The position numbers were made by a program, and so were the translations under genes. The notes beneath the pieces are model-generated. The model saw only the letters and a list, made by a program, of their open reading frames with translations, made no database searches and was not told the origin of the DNA. From Gammaproteobacteria bacterium (GTDB lineage: Bacteria; Pseudomonadota; Gammaproteobacteria; Eutrophobiales; Eutrophobiaceae), in the NCBI GenBank assembly GCA_030829985.1, contig JAURNW010000035.1:4091-68090 (forward strand): 64,000 nt of DNA, given 5' to 3'. This document shows positions 8,874-17,536 of this stretch, in pieces. Position 1 is the first letter of the stretch. Every line of letters starts with the position of its first letter.

Positions 8874-10340
8874 ATGAATTTTTACAGACTCATACGACAT
8901 AAAGCCAAAAAAACATTCATTGGTTTCCTTGTCTTACTACCTTTTCTGGTATTCGCTGCTGACTTGCCAGACTTTGGTGACTCGGCGGGAAGTATTGTGT
9001 CCCCTGAATATGAGCGACGTCTAGGAAAAATGTTTTTAAACCAGATACGTCATTATGCCCACATAAATAAAGACCCCGAAGTTGAATCCTATATTCAATC
9101 TCTTGGAAATCAACTGGCATCCTATAGTGACGACAATGAACAGCCCTTCACTTTTTTTGTTGTTAATAATCCGGGCATTAATGCTTTTGCCGGCCCTGGC
9201 GGTATGATCGGCATGAATAGTGGTGTCATCCTGAACTCTGAAAATGAAAGTGAATTAGCTGCTGTAATGGCCCATGAAATATCACACGTTACCCAGCGAC
9301 ATCTCGCTCGTCAGTTCGAAGAAGCGAGTAAATATAGCTTAATTAATGCTGCTGCATTGATCGGTGCCGTCCTGGTCGGCATCCAAAACCCTGAAGCTGG
9401 TGCAGCAGCAATCAGTGCAATCGGCGGTTTGTCCGCACAAAACAAGGCCAATTTTACTCGTGCGAACGAGCAGGAGGCAGATCGAATTGGTATGCAATTA
9501 CTGGCTCGTGCCGGTTATAACCCCAGGAGCATGCCCGCATTTTTTGAGAAACTACAACAGTTGTCCAGATATTCACAAAGTGCTGCACCGGAATTTATAC
9601 GCACACACCCTTTAACAACATCTCGTATAGCTGATACTCGTGCACGCGCTGAAGAATTTCCTATAGACGAATTTACCAATACCCACCCCTATGAATTAAC
9701 CAAATATAAGCTGTTCGTAAATTCATCAAAAACGGCTAAAGAAGCAGCGAAGTTTTTACTCGATGAGCTAAACAGAAGCAACCTTTCTGATAAAGAGAAA
9801 TTGCCCATTCGTTACGGTCTTGCATACGCCTATATCTATAACAGGGAATTTGCCCGTGCTGAACAACAGCTCGAACATCTACTCAGAAATAATTCGGATG
9901 ACGTTGCTTATTTATTATTGGCCGCAAAACTTCAAACCACACAATCAAACTATAATGCTGCTTTTGATATTTTCAAAAAAGCCTATGGCCTATATCCGGA
10001 CTATCGCCCAGCAGTTATTGCATACAGCCGGGCACTGCTCGATACACGTAAAGGCAAAGAAGCAAGAGATGTTTTAAAAAAGTATGAACGTCATTATCAA
10101 CACGATCTGGATACATATAGTTTGCTAGGACAGGCAGAAGCCATGCTTGGGAATGAGGTTGAAACAGCCATCCTGCAATCAGAGTATTATTTTCTTGCGG
10201 GATCAACAAAACTTGCTCTGGATAAACTTGTTTTTATAAAGCAACAATATCAAATTGATTACTATCAGGAACAACGTGTTAATGCACGGATGGCAGAGCT
10301 CGAATATGAACTTGAACTCGAAAACGACCTGAACTTATAA
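8874..10340 (+). CDS. bepA: BepA/YfgC M48 periplasmic metalloprotease/chaperone with TPR region
   Basis: LPDFGDSA, INAFAGPGG, HEISHVTQRH zinc motif, EQEADRIG and THPL. Confidence 0.9.
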   Translation: MNFYRLIRHKAKKTFIGFLVLLPFLVFAADLPDFGDSAGSIVSPEYERRLGKMFLNQIRHYAHINKDPEVESYIQSLGNQLASYSDDNEQPFTFFVVNNPGINAFAGPGGMIGMNSGVILNSENESELAAVMAHEISHVTQRHLARQFEEASKYSLINAAALIGAVLVGIQNPEAGAAAISAIGGLSAQNKANFTRANEQEADRIGMQLLARAGYNPRSMPAFFEKLQQLSRYSQSAAPEFIRTHPLTTSRIADTRARAEEFPIDEFTNTHPYELTKYKLFVNSSKTAKEAAKFLLDELNRSNLSDKEKLPIRYGLAYAYIYNREFARAEQQLEHLLRNNSDDVAYLLLAAKLQTTQSNYNAAFDIFKKAYGLYPDYRPAVIAYSRALLDTRKGKEARDVLKKYERHYQHDLDTYSLLGQAEAMLGNEVETAILQSEYYFLAGSTKLALDKLVFIKQQYQIDYYQEQRVNARMAELEYELELENDLNL

Positions 10341-10359
10341 ACGTAAAGAATCAGCACAT

Positions 10360-10812
10360 ATGTTACGCAGAGACACCCTAAGATATATAACTTCCGGCTC
10401 AATAATGTTGTTCTCGGGATTGTTAAACCCGCTCACAGTCTTTGCTAAATGGAATAAGGCAGCATTTAGCGCCGTAGATTTTGATGAAGCTGTTGCCGCT
10501 TATTTCCCTGAACAAAAAATACAATCGACAGAACAAATTACTATTGGCGTACACCCAATTGTAGAGAACGGCGCCGTAGTACCAGTCAAAATTAAAACTG
10601 ATATGCAAAATGTAGAATCAATAACAATATTTGTAGACAAAAACCCTAACCCGCTAATTGCAAACTTTGATCTTTCCCCCGACTGTATCGGTTTTGTCTC
10701 TACTCGAATAAAAATACAACAACCTTCAAATATCGTTGCCATTGTTAAAAGCGATAAGGGTGTATTTAGCAAGAGCACTTTTATAGAAGTACATGAAGGA
10801 GGGTGTGGCTAA
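10360..10812 (+). CDS. soxY: Sulfur carrier protein SoxY
   Basis: Twin-arginine-like N-terminus (MLRRDTLR), ENGAVVPV, DKNPNPL, STRIK and C-terminal GGCG. Confidence 0.88.
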   Translation: MLRRDTLRYITSGSIMLFSGLLNPLTVFAKWNKAAFSAVDFDEAVAAYFPEQKIQSTEQITIGVHPIVENGAVVPVKIKTDMQNVESITIFVDKNPNPLIANFDLSPDCIGFVSTRIKIQQPSNIVAIVKSDKGVFSKSTFIEVHEGGCG

Positions 10813-10816
10813 ACTC

Positions 10817-11131
10817 ATGTCCTCAAGCATACGCTTAAAAACCCGAACCAATGCTGGCGTTACCACAGTACGTGCGATTATTCGTCATCCAATGGAGACC
10901 GGCTTTCGAATTGATAATGAAACTGCCGAGATCGTTCCAGCACACTATATTAATCGGGTTATTCTTAAACATAAGGGCAATGTAGTTATGTCTTGTGACT
11001 GGAGCCGCGCGATTTCAAAAAACCCATACCTCTCATTCATGTTTAAAGGCGCTAAGGCCGGTGATAAACTTGAGCTTATCTGGAACGACAACAAAAACAA
11101 CACCGATTCAATTGAAACACTGATAGAATAA
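10817..11131 (+). CDS. soxZ: Sulfur carrier complex subunit SoxZ
   Basis: HPMETG, VPAHYI, ISKNPY and WNDNK motifs; ATG at 10817, 4 bp after soxY. Confidence 0.9.
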   Translation: MSSSIRLKTRTNAGVTTVRAIIRHPMETGFRIDNETAEIVPAHYINRVILKHKGNVVMSCDWSRAISKNPYLSFMFKGAKAGDKLELIWNDNKNNTDSIETLIE

Positions 11132-11163
11132 TTCGTTCCCGAAATTAACTTCGTCTAAATTTA

Positions 11164-12054
11164 ATGCGCGCGATAATAATATTTTGTTTTTTTGTTGTGC
11201 TTGCGTTCTTCGTTGGCGCAGTACTCGCTTACCCGTTAAAATTATTGCTTGATCCAGCACTTGAGCTTGCCTTTCGTAAATACCTGACCTATGCCACGTT
11301 ACTAAGTGGCCTGCTTATCAGCGGCATATATTTGCATATGTATAACTCGCTTTCGTTAAAAGCGTTTGGCTATAGCAAAAACCCACGCGTATTTTTAAAT
11401 AATCTGCTGAACGGTTTTGTCTTTGGACTGACCATCATGCTGATAATCGAAATACTATTGTTTTTACTCGGCGTTCATGAACTGGATGCAAACCGCAGCA
11501 TATCGATACAATCACTCTCACTACTTTTTATTAAAGCAATAATGGCGGGCTTGTTAATTGGTTTAATAGAAGAGTCTATCTTTCGGGGCGCATTATTCTC
11601 TGGCTTATATAAACAAACAGGCGCGGTTATAACTGTGTTCTTTTCCAGCCTGGTTTATGCAACGGTTCATTTTATTCGTTATCGCGACTTACCACCTGAG
11701 ACTGATATCAACTGGCTTACCGGAATAAGTATGATGCCAGAAGCATTTCGGCGTTTTCACGAGTGGTCAATTACAGATTATTTCCTGACACTGTTTATTT
11801 TTGGTGTATTGCTTGGCTTACTAAGATTAAAACATCGTAACATTGCAGCCTGCATCGGCGTTCATGCCGGTATTGTAATGTTAATTAAAATCGGCGATTA
11901 CTTTACCAATCGAACTCATAACAGTAACTATGATTATCTCGTAAGCAAATATAATTCGACATTCGGATGGATGAGCTTTACTGTGATTTTAATGTTTACG
12001 ATTTTTTATTTTGCAAAACTTCAATCCATAAAACACGTCGAATCAAAAAACTGA
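11164..12054 (+). CDS. CPBP/Abi (CAAX type II) intramembrane glutamic endopeptidase
   Basis: Multiple TM segments with EESIFRG, YATVHF and IGVHAG motifs. Confidence 0.85.
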   Translation: MRAIIIFCFFVVLAFFVGAVLAYPLKLLLDPALELAFRKYLTYATLLSGLLISGIYLHMYNSLSLKAFGYSKNPRVFLNNLLNGFVFGLTIMLIIEILLFLLGVHELDANRSISIQSLSLLFIKAIMAGLLIGLIEESIFRGALFSGLYKQTGAVITVFFSSLVYATVHFIRYRDLPPETDINWLTGISMMPEAFRRFHEWSITDYFLTLFIFGVLLGLLRLKHRNIAACIGVHAGIVMLIKIGDYFTNRTHNSNYDYLVSKYNSTFGWMSFTVILMFTIFYFAKLQSIKHVESKN

Positions 12055-12092
12055 ATCGCTCCACTCACTATTAAATGTTTTGGAGATAATGC

Positions 12093-12242
12093 CTAGTCTT
12101 TTGGTGCGCGATTAGAAGCGATTAATTCAGACAGACAAAGTCCGTATAAACCTACGGCATCTTTAGGTTCAATCGTTTCATCCTTATTTTGCGCTAGCAA
12201 ACCAGCGGCAAGAATAGCAGCGATTATATGATCTTCGTTCAT
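12093..12242 (-). CDS. Small hypothetical protein, 49 aa (below the ORF-track cutoff)
   Basis: Translates to MNEDHIIAAILAAGLLAQNKDETIEPKDAVGLYGLCLSELIASNRAPKD*. AAGGGGAA ribosome-binding site lies just upstream of the ATG; fills an otherwise empty gap. Confidence 0.6.
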   Translation of the reverse strand: MNEDHIIAAILAAGLLAQNKDETIEPKDAVGLYGLCLSELIASNRAPKD

Positions 12243-12351
12243 TAATAGTTTCCCCTTTTTAATAAATGACTAACAATAAACTGAAGATATATTATAAACA
12301 CAATGTATTATTTTTTTCATTACTCCGGATGTGATCGGTGTATCTGTTAAA

Positions 12352-13164
12352 TTATTTAATGACATCAGGATGAAACAAAACCTCGCCATTTACCTTGAAA
12401 TTTCTAATCAGACTCTGACCTTCCTCGCCTCTGATAAATTCAGAGTATTTTCTCGCAAGATCAATTTTAGTATGTGGATGTTTGGCTGGATTTACCATTA
12501 TCACATGATATGGATTAAACAGAGCCTCATCATTTTCAAAAACAACTCTTAATTTCATTTTATCTTTATAAGCAAGAAAAGTACCTCTATCCGTCAATGT
12601 ATACGCCTCTTTATCATCTGCAATTCGTAATACGACACCCATGCCTTGACCAACTGCAAGATACCAGTCGCCCACAGGCTTATTACCCACCATTTGCCAC
12701 AGGCTCTTTTCTTTTTTATGCGTGCCTGAATCATCTCCACGAGATACAAAGATGTTTTTTGACTGCAACAATTTTTTCATTGCTTCAGTGATATTTTTCG
12801 CATTTTTTATACCTGCCGGATCTGCATCAGGACCAACAATGACAAAATCATTATGCATAACAGGTTTACGCTCTATGCCAAAACCTCCATCAACAAATTC
12901 TCTCTCTGCTCCTGGCGCATGAACGAATATCAGATCAACATCACCATTCTTGCCCAAGCGTATCGCTTTGCCGGTACCCACCGAGATGACATCCAGCTTG
13001 ATACCAAGTTTTTCTTCGAAAGGTGGGTTTAAAATGGCTAAAAGACCTGAATTTTCTGTACTCGTCGTTGTCGCCATTTTAAGTCTTACTTGTTCCGCGA
13101 AGACAGTCCCGGAAGATAAAAGCAGGCACGCAAGTAAAAACTGAAATATATTTTTCACACTCAT
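12352..13164 (-). CDS. tupA: Tungstate-binding periplasmic protein (TupA family)
   Basis: Signal peptide followed by ATTTSTENSGLL, VGTGKA, GDVD..FVHAP, SRGDDSGTH, YTLTDRGT and NPYHVI. Start set to ATG 13164. Confidence 0.9.
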   Translation of the reverse strand: MSVKNIFQFLLACLLLSSGTVFAEQVRLKMATTTSTENSGLLAILNPPFEEKLGIKLDVISVGTGKAIRLGKNGDVDLIFVHAPGAEREFVDGGFGIERKPVMHNDFVIVGPDADPAGIKNAKNITEAMKKLLQSKNIFVSRGDDSGTHKKEKSLWQMVGNKPVGDWYLAVGQGMGVVLRIADDKEAYTLTDRGTFLAYKDKMKLRVVFENDEALFNPYHVIMVNPAKHPHTKIDLARKYSEFIRGEEGQSLIRNFKVNGEVLFHPDVIK

Positions 13165-13189
13165 TCGTTTATAACCTTTCTTAATTAAT

Positions 13190-14560
13190 TTAAAACCAAA
13201 AAACAGCCTGTGAATATAAATAGGTCGCATCACTTTTACCCGCACCATCCATTACATCACCGGCAAACAAATGTGCAGCGCCCACCTCTACCCGTATATT
13301 TTCCGGCACTACTTCCCAACGCACACGAGCCTCAATCTGGGTTCCGATGTAGTTGTCTGATTGTCCTGCGACATTAGTAATTCGCGCCGTTGTCCACGCA
13401 TCATTATCAGAGGCTAACCAATAACCACGTAGCGCAAGAAAACTCGTAACATTAGATGCGGGCTTCAATTGCAAGCGAACAGCCGGCGTGCTCAGATTAG
13501 CTCGCGCAAACGGCCCATAAATACTGGTTGGGCCAAAATCAAAACGCCGCGCACCATAGAGTGTATCGAATCGGTTATTCTCACTATCGCCAGGATCATC
13601 ATCCCCACTAGCATAATCATACTGAATAATTAATCTCGGCGACCATCTTGTATCAAAACTATATCCGATTTCAACATGGTGAAAGTATGCGAAATGATCT
13701 AATTCGATTGTTGAAGTCGTTGATGAACGAGATTCGCCAAATTGAAAGATAGACTCTACTTGATAATCAAACTGATTCTTTTTCGGCTCTCTATAAAGTC
13801 GAAATCCTGGCGTGTACAAATCTCGATCACGCGTACTTAAAACACCAGTTACATCTTCTTCATTCAAGCCCAGAAAATAGAACTCAAGCTCATCGCCCCA
13901 CACCAATTTAGCTGGAGAATAATAGACACCCCAAAAACGAACCTGCTCATGCTCCTTGTCAAATCTGGCTTCGTTATCTAAAGCACTACCACTGAACAAG
14001 CGTTGAACGGGCAAAGTATAAAAAAATCGAAACTTCTGTTTGTCAGCGCCTTGCCACTGCCAATCAATGCCGGTAAACCCATTAATTGTATTTCGGAAGC
14101 GATTCCTTGCTACTAAACGGCGGCTACCCACATCCATCGTTATTCGGCCACCGCGAATTATACTTTTACTACCCTGGCCAAGCAGATTATCCATAGGCAC
14201 TTCGATATAGGCCTGCAAGAGCTCTAATGGATTGACAACACTGCCATTTAGCGGCGTTCCAGAATCCGCTAATTCCGCCCGGGAATCCAGCATTTCGGCA
14301 GCAAATTTAATTTGCTTAAAATTAAGCTTGGCCATAACAACTGTTCTAAACACCAGTGCCTGATCGCCACCATTGAGGTTTCCTCGATACTGTTCATCCA
14401 CATTTTCAAACCGTATTCGATGGTGTCCTGATAATGAAAAAACTTCCGGCAATTTCAGTACGTTATTCAAACGCCATGGCTTATCACCGACGTCCGCTAA
14501 TGTGGGCGAGCTATAACAAAGGCAATACAAGCTCAATAAAATTAATTTATAATTTTTCAT
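13190..14560 (-). CDS. Alginate-export (AlgE) family outer-membrane beta-barrel
   Basis: Signal peptide, LELLQAY, GR..MDVGSRRLV, YDYASGDDDP, amphipathic strands and C-terminal aromatic (YSQAVFWF). Confidence 0.8.
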   Translation of the reverse strand: MKNYKLILLSLYCLCYSSPTLADVGDKPWRLNNVLKLPEVFSLSGHHRIRFENVDEQYRGNLNGGDQALVFRTVVMAKLNFKQIKFAAEMLDSRAELADSGTPLNGSVVNPLELLQAYIEVPMDNLLGQGSKSIIRGGRITMDVGSRRLVARNRFRNTINGFTGIDWQWQGADKQKFRFFYTLPVQRLFSGSALDNEARFDKEHEQVRFWGVYYSPAKLVWGDELEFYFLGLNEEDVTGVLSTRDRDLYTPGFRLYREPKKNQFDYQVESIFQFGESRSSTTSTIELDHFAYFHHVEIGYSFDTRWSPRLIIQYDYASGDDDPGDSENNRFDTLYGARRFDFGPTSIYGPFARANLSTPAVRLQLKPASNVTSFLALRGYWLASDNDAWTTARITNVAGQSDNYIGTQIEARVRWEVVPENIRVEVGAAHLFAGDVMDGAGKSDATYLYSQAVFWF

Positions 14561-14580
14561 AATGTCTTAATGCGACTTAA

Positions 14581-14602
14581 TATATGTATTATATTGCATA
14601 TA
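14581..14602. promoter_or_regulatory. Palindromic operator 1 (TATATG-N10-CATATA)
   Basis: TATATG tattatattg CATATA, 21 bp upstream of the porin start. Confidence 0.65.
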
Positions 14603-14666
14603 CTTATATTCATTTAGTTTATAGTTATATTCAATATGGTTTTATAACACCTTTTATTTATTATAG

Positions 14667-14690
14667 TAATATGATGTAATTTACATATTA
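14667..14690. promoter_or_regulatory. Palindromic operator 2 (TAATATG-N10-CATATTA)
   Basis: TAATATG atgtaattta CATATTA, 14 bp upstream of the regulator start; same core and spacing as operator 1. Confidence 0.65.
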
Positions 14691-14703
14691 ATCTAACTCA
14701 ATT

Positions 14704-15768
14704 ATGCGAATCGATTTTAATATCCAATGGGAAACTCCCGGCTCTAAGCAAAAGCTGGATCAACGCTTGTTGCCGCTGCTGGAAAAAATACATCAAAGCG
14801 GATCACTACAAGCAGCGGCTAAAGAAAATAACATTTCATATCGAACTGCCTGGGAGCTAATACGCTATTGGAATGAAGCTTTTCAAACGTCTTTATGTAT
14901 TAAAGAACGCGGCCGTGGCTCGAAACTCAGTCCACTTGGCCAGAAACTTGTAGAGACAAAGCGAAACATCGATACAGATTACTCGAAAACACTGCTAACC
15001 ATCGCAGACAAACTGAATAATGAAATCAAAGAATTAATTGGCCAAAATACTCGCAACAAACCCTGCCTTGTATCTTGCAGCCATGACCTGGCCATTTATC
15101 ATCTACAGTCCATATGTGAAAAGACATGCCAATACGATATAGAATTCCAATCGCGCGGCAGTCTTGAAAACCTGAAGCTACTAAATACACATCAAATAGA
15201 TATCGCCGGGTTTCATTTTCCTGAAGGCGTGTTAGTAGAACACCTCGCCCCCAAATATTCACAATGGCTAGATGACGAAAAACATATATTGATTCAACTG
15301 GCGTCACGTGAACAAGGTTTGATTGTTAAGCCTTCAATAGCAGAGCACGTTACGTCAATTAGCGATCTGACTCGTCGCTCGTTGCGTTTTGTTAACCGAC
15401 AAAAAGAATCTGGTACCCGGGTAATCTTTGATGAATTAATTAAGTTAAATAATATTAATAAAAAAGAAGTGCGCGGCTATGAGAATGAAGAATTTACACA
15501 TACAGCTGTCGCTGCAATGATATCAAGTGGTCATGCAGACATAGGCTTTGGTTTGAAAGCGGTAGCTGTTGAATTTAACTTATCGTTCTTACCACTTATT
15601 ACTGAAAATTATGTTATTGCCATGAAAAAATCCATGGGAGAAAATTTGACAGACCATATTCGAACGATAATGAAAGATCCAAAGCTAAAACGCAGGATTA
15701 ATAAATTACCAGGCTATAGCGCAAAGCTGACCGGAAAAATAATTCACGCAAAGAAACTTTTATCTTGA
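14704..15768 (+). CDS. ModE-type winged-HTH plus PBP-like sensor domain transcription regulator (FdsR-like architecture)
   Basis: GSLQAAA...ISYRTAW...RGRGSKLS HTH; SHDLA, GSLENL, DIAGFH, REQGL, FVNRQKESGTR, EFTHTAVA and GHADIGFG. Confidence 0.85.
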   Translation: MRIDFNIQWETPGSKQKLDQRLLPLLEKIHQSGSLQAAAKENNISYRTAWELIRYWNEAFQTSLCIKERGRGSKLSPLGQKLVETKRNIDTDYSKTLLTIADKLNNEIKELIGQNTRNKPCLVSCSHDLAIYHLQSICEKTCQYDIEFQSRGSLENLKLLNTHQIDIAGFHFPEGVLVEHLAPKYSQWLDDEKHILIQLASREQGLIVKPSIAEHVTSISDLTRRSLRFVNRQKESGTRVIFDELIKLNNINKKEVRGYENEEFTHTAVAAMISSGHADIGFGLKAVAVEFNLSFLPLITENYVIAMKKSMGENLTDHIRTIMKDPKLKRRINKLPGYSAKLTGKIIHAKKLLS

Positions 15769-15816
15769 GCGGGTGAGATGGGAAACAATCGGCAAGCCAG
15801 ATTCGAAACAATATTA

Positions 15817-16788
15817 TCAGATGGGGTTTGACTCGGATCTTTTTTCAGTCTTTTCTATAGTCATGCGTTTTTTTGCAAGCTCTATGGTTTCGTTTAAATC
15901 ACGTCTTGTATTTCGCTGGCAAGACCCAATCGAGACAAGAAGATTATTTTTTGCAAATGAATCTCTAAGTTGCACGGTCGTTTTCAATGTGTCCTCTTTT
16001 TGAGAATCGTAAAGAAATATGCCAAATTGATCGCTGCCCAATCTCGCAATGATATCATTTTCATTTCGTCCTTCATTTAAAACACGTGTTAGCTTCAGTA
16101 AGTACTTGTTGCCAGCATCTACGCCAAGCTCAGAACTAAAATGTTTAAGATTGTCCATTTCCAGGACAACTATCGCATATGGCGTCCCTAAATTTTTACA
16201 ACGTGACTCTTCAATCTCCAGAGACCATTGCCAACCTTTGTCATTATAGAGTCCCGTTAATTCATCTTTCTCAGCCAGAAGCCGGGTTTTTTCATATAAA
16301 CGACGCGTTTGTATCAGTTGCACTTCCTGCTGATAGGCGGTCATGATTGATCGAGACATAAGACGAAGCGTAGACTCATACTCATATAGGCTCTCAGATT
16401 TTGTCTCAATGTCTATCGCGCAGAGCGCGCCAAACATGTCGCCGTTGGAGGTGTACAGAGGAATCCCGATGTATGAAGCAATATTGTATTTTTTCACCAT
16501 TGCCAAATCTTTATAACTGTCTACCAAAGAAATATCATGTGCGATATTTGGACCTTCATTTTGCATCATCTTTTTACAAATAGTATTCGACCAGGATATT
16601 GAATCACCGGATTCTAGTTTGAATTCTAGCTCATTACGGTATTTCTCAGAGGCGAGAGCAATTAGATCATTGTCTTGTTGATTAACCCGGAATACCATCC
16701 AGAACCCGAAAGGATGATAGGTGTTGAGGATTTGCAGACTATTTTTAGCGAAGTCCACGAAATTAGAATACGGTATTAAATTGTGCAT
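15817..16788 (-). CDS. GAF plus degenerate GGDEF domain protein
   Basis: GAF (WSNTIC, SYIGIPL, FGALCAID), DELTGLYN linker; signature reads RLGSDQF. Confidence 0.85.
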   Translation of the reverse strand: MHNLIPYSNFVDFAKNSLQILNTYHPFGFWMVFRVNQQDNDLIALASEKYRNELEFKLESGDSISWSNTICKKMMQNEGPNIAHDISLVDSYKDLAMVKKYNIASYIGIPLYTSNGDMFGALCAIDIETKSESLYEYESTLRLMSRSIMTAYQQEVQLIQTRRLYEKTRLLAEKDELTGLYNDKGWQWSLEIEESRCKNLGTPYAIVVLEMDNLKHFSSELGVDAGNKYLLKLTRVLNEGRNENDIIARLGSDQFGIFLYDSQKEDTLKTTVQLRDSFAKNNLLVSIGSCQRNTRRDLNETIELAKKRMTIEKTEKRSESNPI

Positions 16789-16916
16789 GAACTAATCTTA
16801 CTAAAAACTAGTCACCCTGAACATTTTTTTATATACAAATTAAGGGATTAAAAGCGTAGAAGGCTATGATTCTATATAGAAATTATTTATCACTATACGA
16901 ACAACAGTGATTAAAA

Positions 16917-16992
16917 TGGTGGGCCGTGCGCGATTCGAACGCGCGACCAATGGATTAAAAATCCACTGCTCTACCGGCTGAGCTAACGGCCC
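16917..16992 (-). tRNA. tRNA-Lys(UUU)
   Basis: GGGCCGTTAGCTCAGCCGGTAGAGCAGTGGATTTTTAATCCATTGGTCGCGCGTTCGAATCGCGCACGGCCCACCA: 76 nt cloverleaf, TTT anticodon, encoded CCA. Confidence 0.95.
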
Positions 16993-17047
16993 GGTGGGTA
17001 TTTGTAGAATAAAACGAAGGCGGTTTATGATATGCCTACACAACAAA

Positions 17048-17083
17048 GGCGGCGATAATACCCAAGAAATGCCTGTGGGTAAA
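17048..17083 (-). promoter_or_regulatory. Sigma70-type promoter with GC-rich discriminator for tRNA-Lys
   Basis: Minus strand reads TTTACC-17 nt-TATTAT-CGCCGCC. Confidence 0.55.
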
Positions 17084-17181
17084 TTATAAACTGTAAATGA
17101 TTTGTTAGAACTTGATATTATTCGCCTGCGCGCCTATTTTTTGCTGTATTCGACTTATTACCTATTTGGAGATTTTTATCA

Positions 17182-17523
17182 GTGCCTATATATGAATATA
17201 GATGTGACAAATGCGAACATCGGCTGGAAATTTTGCAAAAGATAAGTGATAAACCAGCTACAAACTGTCCTGAATGCGGTAAGGACAGCCTCCGTAAACT
17301 TGTCTCTGCTGCAGCCTTCAAATTAAAAGGAACGGGCTGGTATGAAACAGATTTTAAAGACAAAAAACCAAAGAGTGAGTCTAAAACCAACAATAATAAT
17401 AAAACGGACGACAAGAAATCGAATGACTCAGACCCTAAGAAAACTGACGCTGGCAGCAAAGAACCTGCTAAGACTACTAAAGAGGCACCAAAAACTACCT
17501 CAAGCAGCACCAGCACCGAGTAA
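17182..17523 (+). CDS. FmdB-family zinc-ribbon protein with low-complexity tail
   Basis: MPIYEYRCDKC...CPECG...FKLKGTGWYETDF. Confidence 0.9.
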   Translation: MPIYEYRCDKCEHRLEILQKISDKPATNCPECGKDSLRKLVSAAAFKLKGTGWYETDFKDKKPKSESKTNNNNKTDDKKSNDSDPKKTDAGSKEPAKTTKEAPKTTSSSTSTE

Positions 17524-17536
17524 GATGTCCCGCTAA

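Noticed and set aside
14624..14648. GTTATA-N13-TATAAC dyad as a canonical ModE box
   Set aside because: Spacing is longer than in canonical ModE sites and the background is extremely AT-rich.
12055..16916. Integrative element at tRNA-Lys
   Set aside because: No integrase and no duplicated tRNA 3' end (att repeat) found.
16864..17046. 60-aa ORF
   Set aside because: Overlaps tRNA-Lys; spurious.
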